DNA of 42,503 nucleotides from Zancudomyces culisetae HAW-14-8 (Eukaryota; Fungi; Kickxellomycota): NCBI GenBank assembly GCA_052426225.1, contig JBNJNM010000025.1, positions 1 to 42,503 of the forward strand, read 5' to 3'. Shown piece by piece: positions 36,091 to 42,503 of this stretch (position 1 is its first letter; each line of letters starts with the position of its first letter). The notes under the pieces were generated by a model. It saw only the letters and a program-made list of their open reading frames with translations, ran no database searches and was not told where the DNA came from. The position numbers and the translations under genes were made by a program.

Positions 36091-38811
36091 TCAAGAAGAA
36101 TTCCTTGTCAGCATTATAAACCTCTCCAAACAACTACCTCCATACGTAGTATACTCATCCGAAGTAGCCAACTCGGCACGCTCTCCATTCGCCAACAACA
36201 CCGGCGTCTTGTGGGTCTGGAACCCAGCCAGTGTCTTTGGTTTCCCAGCCTGGCCAACCGCATCAACCGACTGTCCAACTCGCACATTGACGCCATTCAC
36301 CACCTCAACCTGATCATTCTCTTCATCATACACACACGTGATCAAGAACCGAGGCGCCATAGCCCGTGCTAGATAAAACAGCAAGTAGTGGTGCGACTTC
36401 AACAGCAAGGCCTGTCCAGGAACTGTGCTGGCCACCAACGGAACCAACAACGCTGCCACAGCGACCGGCGACACCAACGACCGATCCAACAAGTGTGGCG
36501 AAAGCGTCATTGTACCCTTGGCCATATGCAGCAACCCCTGTGCAATCCTAACCATAAACAAACAGTCTGGCTGCTTGTAGTAATATCCCACCAGCTGCCG
36601 CAGCATCTGTGCCAACCGTGCATTGTTCGTGCCAGCGCCAACATATCCCATCGCCAATATCGCATTCATCGCTATCTCACTGTCGCTGTCGTGTGAATAC
36701 TTGCTCAGTGTCTCCAAAATATGCACCTGCGATCCGACACATACAACAGCCCGATTGCCAACGGCACTGCCCGCTTCACCACTGCTTCTCCATAATGCAT
36801 AATATGCTCAAATCCTCTCAATGCCATTGCTGTTCCTATTGGCTCTGCCATACTCACCAGCGCTATTCCCAACACTGCAAAACTCAAATGCATATGGTCC
36901 TCTCCCTCGCTTGGATTGCTCTCCCACAATCTTCAACAACTGCTGTATCTGCAACACATTGCCGCTGCCTGCATGCGCACACATCTGCACCATCACACTG
37001 GCCTGTGCTCCTATTATCTGGTTGTCCAGCGCCTGCAGTGTTTCCAGCGTCATTTCGCTTTCTTCCTGTCTTCCATAATACAACAGTCCCAATCCCAACC
37101 CCAAAAACCGTGCATATGGCTTCCCTAAATCGCTATCTGATCGCTCCATAATCGCCTGCAGAATCGTCGATGCCACATCTCCGTTGCTGCTTCCCAAACA
37201 TACCATCCCCGCTGAAAGCCCCGCAAGCGATGCCAACTCCATACTCACCCCCATATCTCCTATATACTGCACCAGCATCTCCGCCACATCCTCTCGATTG
37301 CTGCCTGCATACGATATTCCCAACCCCATAATCGCCCGCCGTGCCTTCAACTCGCTCGCTGCTCCACTATCCGCCAAATATTCACTCAACACCGCCTTGG
37401 CTGTGTCTGTCTCGTCTCGGATTCCTGCTGTAAACAACCCAATTCCCAACACTGCTCCTGCCTTAATATACGGCTCGCTCGTATACAAATACTTGTCTAT
37501 CATTCCCAACCCCTTCTCCACATCCCACATCATCACCAACCCTAACGACGCCACCGCACTCATCATCCCACTGTCTCGGTTCTTGTAGATCCACTCTACC
37601 CCGCTTGTCACCAACTTGTCGTTACAAAACCCTGCATTCACAAACCCATTCACAAACGTCGACGCCAAATTGTGTCGCGCACTGTCCAGTGTTGGCCCTG
37701 CTCGGCTGCTATTGTTGTCCATATTGCTCTTGTATATATCCTCTGGTACCTTTGGCTCCTCCAAATTCAGCTCCTTCGCCATCTCCAAAAACCGACTAGA
37801 CAACTTACTATTCGACATACACTCACTAACCAACTCATCACTTTGCCCTATCTCCTCAATATACTTTTGGTACTGCGCCAACATAAAACTCAGCTGTATC
37901 TGCTCCCCTTTGCTCTCTGCCCTTTTGAAATCCTCCACCATCTTCTCCTCATCCCCCAACCGCATACTCACCTCCAAACTCTGCGCTGCTCTCCCATACT
38001 TGTTGTACAGCTGCCGTGCCATCTCCAAAAACCTCCGATCCATTGGTGACGGCATCAATGGCGAACATCCCACCAAATACTTGCTGGTCCGCTCATAGTT
38101 ATCGCTATCTGCCACCTCCTCCACCGCCTCTATCTCCTCCAACTCTGCTAATAAATCTACCCCCTCGGCCTCGGCATTGTGTGCAAACAAATACTGCACT
38201 ACCCTTCTGACCAACCCTTCATGCTTCTCCTCTCCTCCGCTCTCTCGGTATCCATCTCCAAGCTCCAACGCCAAATGTCGCACATACTCATGTCCCCAAT
38301 CAAACTCCTCCTCTCCTGACCCTGCCTCAACTCGGTACTTCAAACACTCTCGCTCCCCCTCTCGTGCATACGTCATCCCCAACAACGACAGTATATCCGC
38401 CATTTGCTTCTTCAGCTCTCCTGCTTCTCGTCCTTCATATATCTTCTTTAACGTCTCGTAGTGTCCTCGTAGATATTTTAGTGGCTTTGGTACTGACGTC
38501 AAAGACCCTGTAGACGTTTTTAACATCCCCCTCAATTGATTCTGTGCCAGCTTGGCTACTCCCTCATCTCCTCCTGTTTCTTTTAATCTCTCTACTATCA
38601 ACTCAATCTCTTCTATTAGTTTCTGATCTTCCTCTGACTATTTTTCATTTTATTATTTTACTCTTTTACTCTTAATCCTTTACTCTATTTTTATTATTCT
38701 ACTTAAATCTGTACTTACAATCTCTTCCTCCTTCTTATTTTTGTCTACCTTTGCTGTTGCTTGTTTGTCCCCGCCCACTTTGCTCTCCTCCATGTTGGAA
38801 TTGTTTGTCAT
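36091..38811 (-). CDS. RPN1: 26S proteasome regulatory subunit Rpn1 (PSMD2); exon 1 38811-38719, exon 2 38637-36091 with two apparent frameshifts (~36900-36925 and ~36731)
   Basis: [105 protein letters not shown] and GERAELA. Intron 38718-38638 is GTAAGT...ATAG. Confidence 0.94.
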
Positions 38812-39689
38812 CTTGTATCTTTTACGCTCTTATCTTGTACTTATTGTATTCTTATTTACTTTATTATTTTACCTGTATGCTATTTTTAAATCTTTTCTCT
38901 CTCTTTGTATATTTACACAATCTCTTTTTTTTTTTTGTAAACTTTTATTAAATTTATTTTTGTTTATTATTGTTATTATTATTGCTAATATTTTAGCGCT
39001 GTAAATTTCAATTTCAGTTTCATACGTAATCATATTTCTTTTTCTGTTTTGCTTTTTTTACCACATAATTACAATGTAGCTATTTAAATAAACTTTTTTA
39101 TTTTATTAAAAACAAACAAACAAATAGCACAACTCCATCTCCTCATACTCTACTACAATTAAACTCTATATATACCAACTAACAACACGAGTAATATAAT
39201 CAAACTCTAGACCAGCTTTTTATTTTATATTTCCATAAATCATATAATTATCTGTATATCTGTATATCTATTACCAAGTTAAGATTTGCATACAACTTTG
39301 AGTATTTCTAGAGATTTATCAAAAATAACTGAAAATAATGTCTAGACAAAAAAACAAAAAGGGTTCTAGAACCTAATATTATGTTGCTACCACTACAGAA
39401 TTTTCTTTTTTTTTTGTTTAATGATCATTATGGTATAATAGATACGTTAGGACTGCGAACTGAGTCTTGTTCTTGTTTTTGAACCGTATCATTATTACAT
39501 TACAATTCAATATATATTTGAATTCTTCTCGTAAACTCCCCCTCCCCTCTCCTCCCCTTTCTTTCTTTCTTCCTCCTTGTTTTCTCCCTCTAATAACTCG
39601 ATATTTTTTGTTTTAACTCTATAATTTCAAAAGAATCCATTCATCCCACCACTACAAAGTTACTACAAGATTCAACACCACACCCCTTT

Positions 39690-39726
39690 TTCTCCTTCTC
39701 CTTCTCCTTCTCCTTCTCCTTCTCCT
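39690..39726. repeat. Microsatellite (TCTCCT)x6
   Basis: Read directly from the sequence. Confidence 0.85.
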
Positions 39727-41150
39727 ATCCTACTTGATTACATTATACCTTTTAAGAATTATACTCCCTTCTATAACACACACTCATCCTCTTTCTTTAC
39801 CAACGCTCCAACTCGTTTTTATTTTTCAACCTGTATATATTATTTGAACAATGTTTTTACGTTTTATTGATACCAGTCTTATGATTCTATACTCTATACT
39901 CTATAATTTTTTTTTATAGTATCAGAAATACTGTAAAGTAGTAATACCCAATTAACATCTAGTAAACGTCTTTCTTGTATCTACAGGTTTTTCTCTTTTT
40001 TAAGTTTATAAAGCCTTGATAACAAACCTTTCGTCATCAATACAAAACTTGAGTATAGCATTTGATTCTATTAATCGTTATCACGGTAGAATTCATCAGA
40101 TGACGATTCTATTCATCAAAGAATATACTCATCCGATCTATCTAATATAATAAGAAAAAATAATACAATAGCATCAACACCAACAACACCAATAATAACA
40201 AGTTTTAGTTGTCTGACTTTTATACCTGATGTTTTATTTTCAAAAGTATTATTAACACACATTCTTTATTCTTTTCTTCATCCTCCTTGTGAACCTGTAA
40301 GTTAATAATATATATTACCAATCTTTTAATATGACTATAATAACTCTTACTCCAAATTGACATATTTATAATTTCTATTAATATCACCCATTCCATATTT
40401 CTTCCCTTCTCTCCTCTCTTCTTTTTAGCACCATTTCTTTTCTCCTTTTCTTTACTACTGATCTCTCCTCAATATAATGATCCTATTGATTAAAAATCGA
40501 TACTATGTTGCAATTTGTGTACACTAGTAAATTCCACAACAACCACGATTACACCCAGCTCTTAATGGTATTACATAAATTAATTGTCTTAGTATACAAT
40601 CAATATAGCGCCACATTTTTTCAATTTAACTTTTAGCTTTTTTTTTTTGAATACATCATAATTGGCAGTGATGATAAATCGTACGATACATTTATACAAA
40701 GAGATGAATAGAGAAGAGATAAAGGATACTTGTTCGGTTAATATAACCTGTTCCATTTGTTAACACCTTACACAAAACCTAGGGTATTTGAGCTTAATTG
40801 AAGTGCAGAAATTTTGATTTTCATTAAAAAGTCAGGTGCTCAAAATACGTTATTCTCGGTAATTGCATTATTGATTTAATCATCCAAACCTGGCTAACTT
40901 GTCTAACTTTAAACTTTTCATTTTAACCCCCCCCCACCTCACCTCAAAAAAAAATTAATAAAATTCTACTTGATCGATATGAAATCATATCGATGAGGAG
41001 AGAAGGGATGCTAAGAAGAGAGAGAGAGAAGAAGGGTGTTGATAAGATCAATTTGGAAAAGCAATAGTATATTTTCTTTCCAATAGGGTATTAAAAATAC
41101 ATTCGAATTCCTCTCTCTTTCTCCCGCAACTTTCCAAACTTTCTACCTTT

Positions 41151-41221
41151 TCAACTCTCAACTCTTGACTCTCAACTCCCAACTCTCAACTCTTCACTCT
41201 CAACTCCCAACTCTCAACTCT
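41151..41221. repeat. Imperfect heptamer tandem repeat (CAACTCT)n, about 10 units
   Basis: caactct caactct tgactct caactcc caactct..., read directly. Confidence 0.8.
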
Positions 41222-42503
41222 CCTCCGCCGCTCTCTTTACTTCTCCACCCATCAACATTTCCCGTTTTATCGATAACGGTGAGTCCAAATATACATTTAC
41301 AGGCCTTTTTAAATAACTTTGGCCAAATAATAAATTTTACCCACCTTTTCAAAGTTGATTTATTACTTTAAGCTCAAAGCTTGAGTGAGTTGATCATTAA
41401 TTAATAACCAATTTGACACTTTTGCTGGAAATCACCACAACCCACCAATCGTTTTCTTATTTATGCGCAGGATGGGATGAAGGAAGGTGTTCGGAAATAA
41501 ATAAAACAGAGTAGTTTAACAAGTCAGGGGGTATCAGAATTGAGTGGTGGTAATGACAATGACAATGGTAATGGTAATGGTGGTGGCCACCAACAAATAA
41601 TCAAATGCTTTTCTAATATACTAAACCGGTTTTTTTTTCTTTTGTTGAGGTATTTGCGTTTATTTGTGCCATTATTTGCAAATACAAAAACTATCCCGAT
41701 TTGGAACATACAAAACCAACCCGAAGCCCACATTTCTCACCCCCATCCCCATTCCCCAATTTCCTTTTATTATTTTGCATTTAATGTTATTTATATAAGG
41801 TGGTTATTGGGTTATTTTGGTACATTTAGCTTGTGAAAAAATAAATTTGGTTAACAGGGCATTTACTATATTATCCCGTAAAAATGTATTTGGTACATTA
41901 TAGTGTCACCCATCCCATATATCCCGTTTTTTTTTCGTTTTCGGGATTGACGGAACCACTAAATGCTCGGTTTATCTGAATGAACCAGTTTAATAACTGT
42001 ATATGCTAAATACTTTTTGTACCACTTTATCCTTTTTTCTATTTCAAATCGGAATTGTTATACAAAACGCATTATTTTTATTCCGGGGAAAACTCTAATT
42101 CAAGCGATTTTGCTAAAACTAAAACGTGCCATTTTCATTATAATTTGCGATACGAAAGAAATAAGAAGGACTGACAGCAAGTTGAGAGAGTGGGCTCAAA
42201 CACCCCCCCCCCCTCTCCCTTGGTTTTCACAGTCTGTTACCTTTTACCTGTTTATCTTTTACCTTTTGCACCACTTTTCTTCATATTGCTATTTTCTCGG
42301 GTGAGCTGGTTTTTGGTGGTACAGTAACAGTCGTTGCACATAACACTTGTAGCAAATAACAAATACAGATAATTCAATTGCTCCGAGTATGTGTATACAG
42401 TGATATGCAGCTGATTTTTACCACGCCTTTTCTTTTATTTTGAACACAAAGTGAATAAAAAAAAAGGCTTATTTTTTTTGGAATATATTAAAAAGATATC
42501 CAA

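Noticed and set aside
38900-42503. Possible hidden gene in the 3.6-kb right end
   Set aside because: Only short low-complexity ORFs; isolated GTAAGT words do not assemble into a supportable exon chain.

Overview
Eukaryotic, AT-rich fungal DNA with spliceosomal introns. A fused ARG5,6, a metazoan-type PITP, GDSL lipase paralogs and ankyrin proteins suggest an early-diverging fungus, possibly an insect-gut Harpellales/Kickxellomycotina species; this placement is inference. The left part (1 to ~17 kb) is an apparently intronless accessory block. It holds two outward-facing secreted GDSL/SGNH lipase paralogs (left one frameshifted), a frameshifted F-box-like/ankyrin gene, and four divergent copies of an unrecognised ~150-aa secreted protein family (three intact, one pseudogene), followed by a probable GPI-anchored protein. 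The right part (~19-39 kb) holds housekeeping genes: an EF-hand mitochondrial carrier whose CDS overlaps TRM9 tail-to-tail, ARG5,6, a MEX67 lacking its UBA domain, a PITP with an 8-nt micro-exon, SEC27 (first exon codes only the ATG) and RPN1. Its introns mostly lack polypyrimidine tracts and end in ATAG. Two frameshifts in the essential gene RPN1 suggest residual indel errors in the assembly, so frameshift-only pseudogene calls are provisional. No tRNA, rRNA, CRISPR or recognisable transposase was seen.
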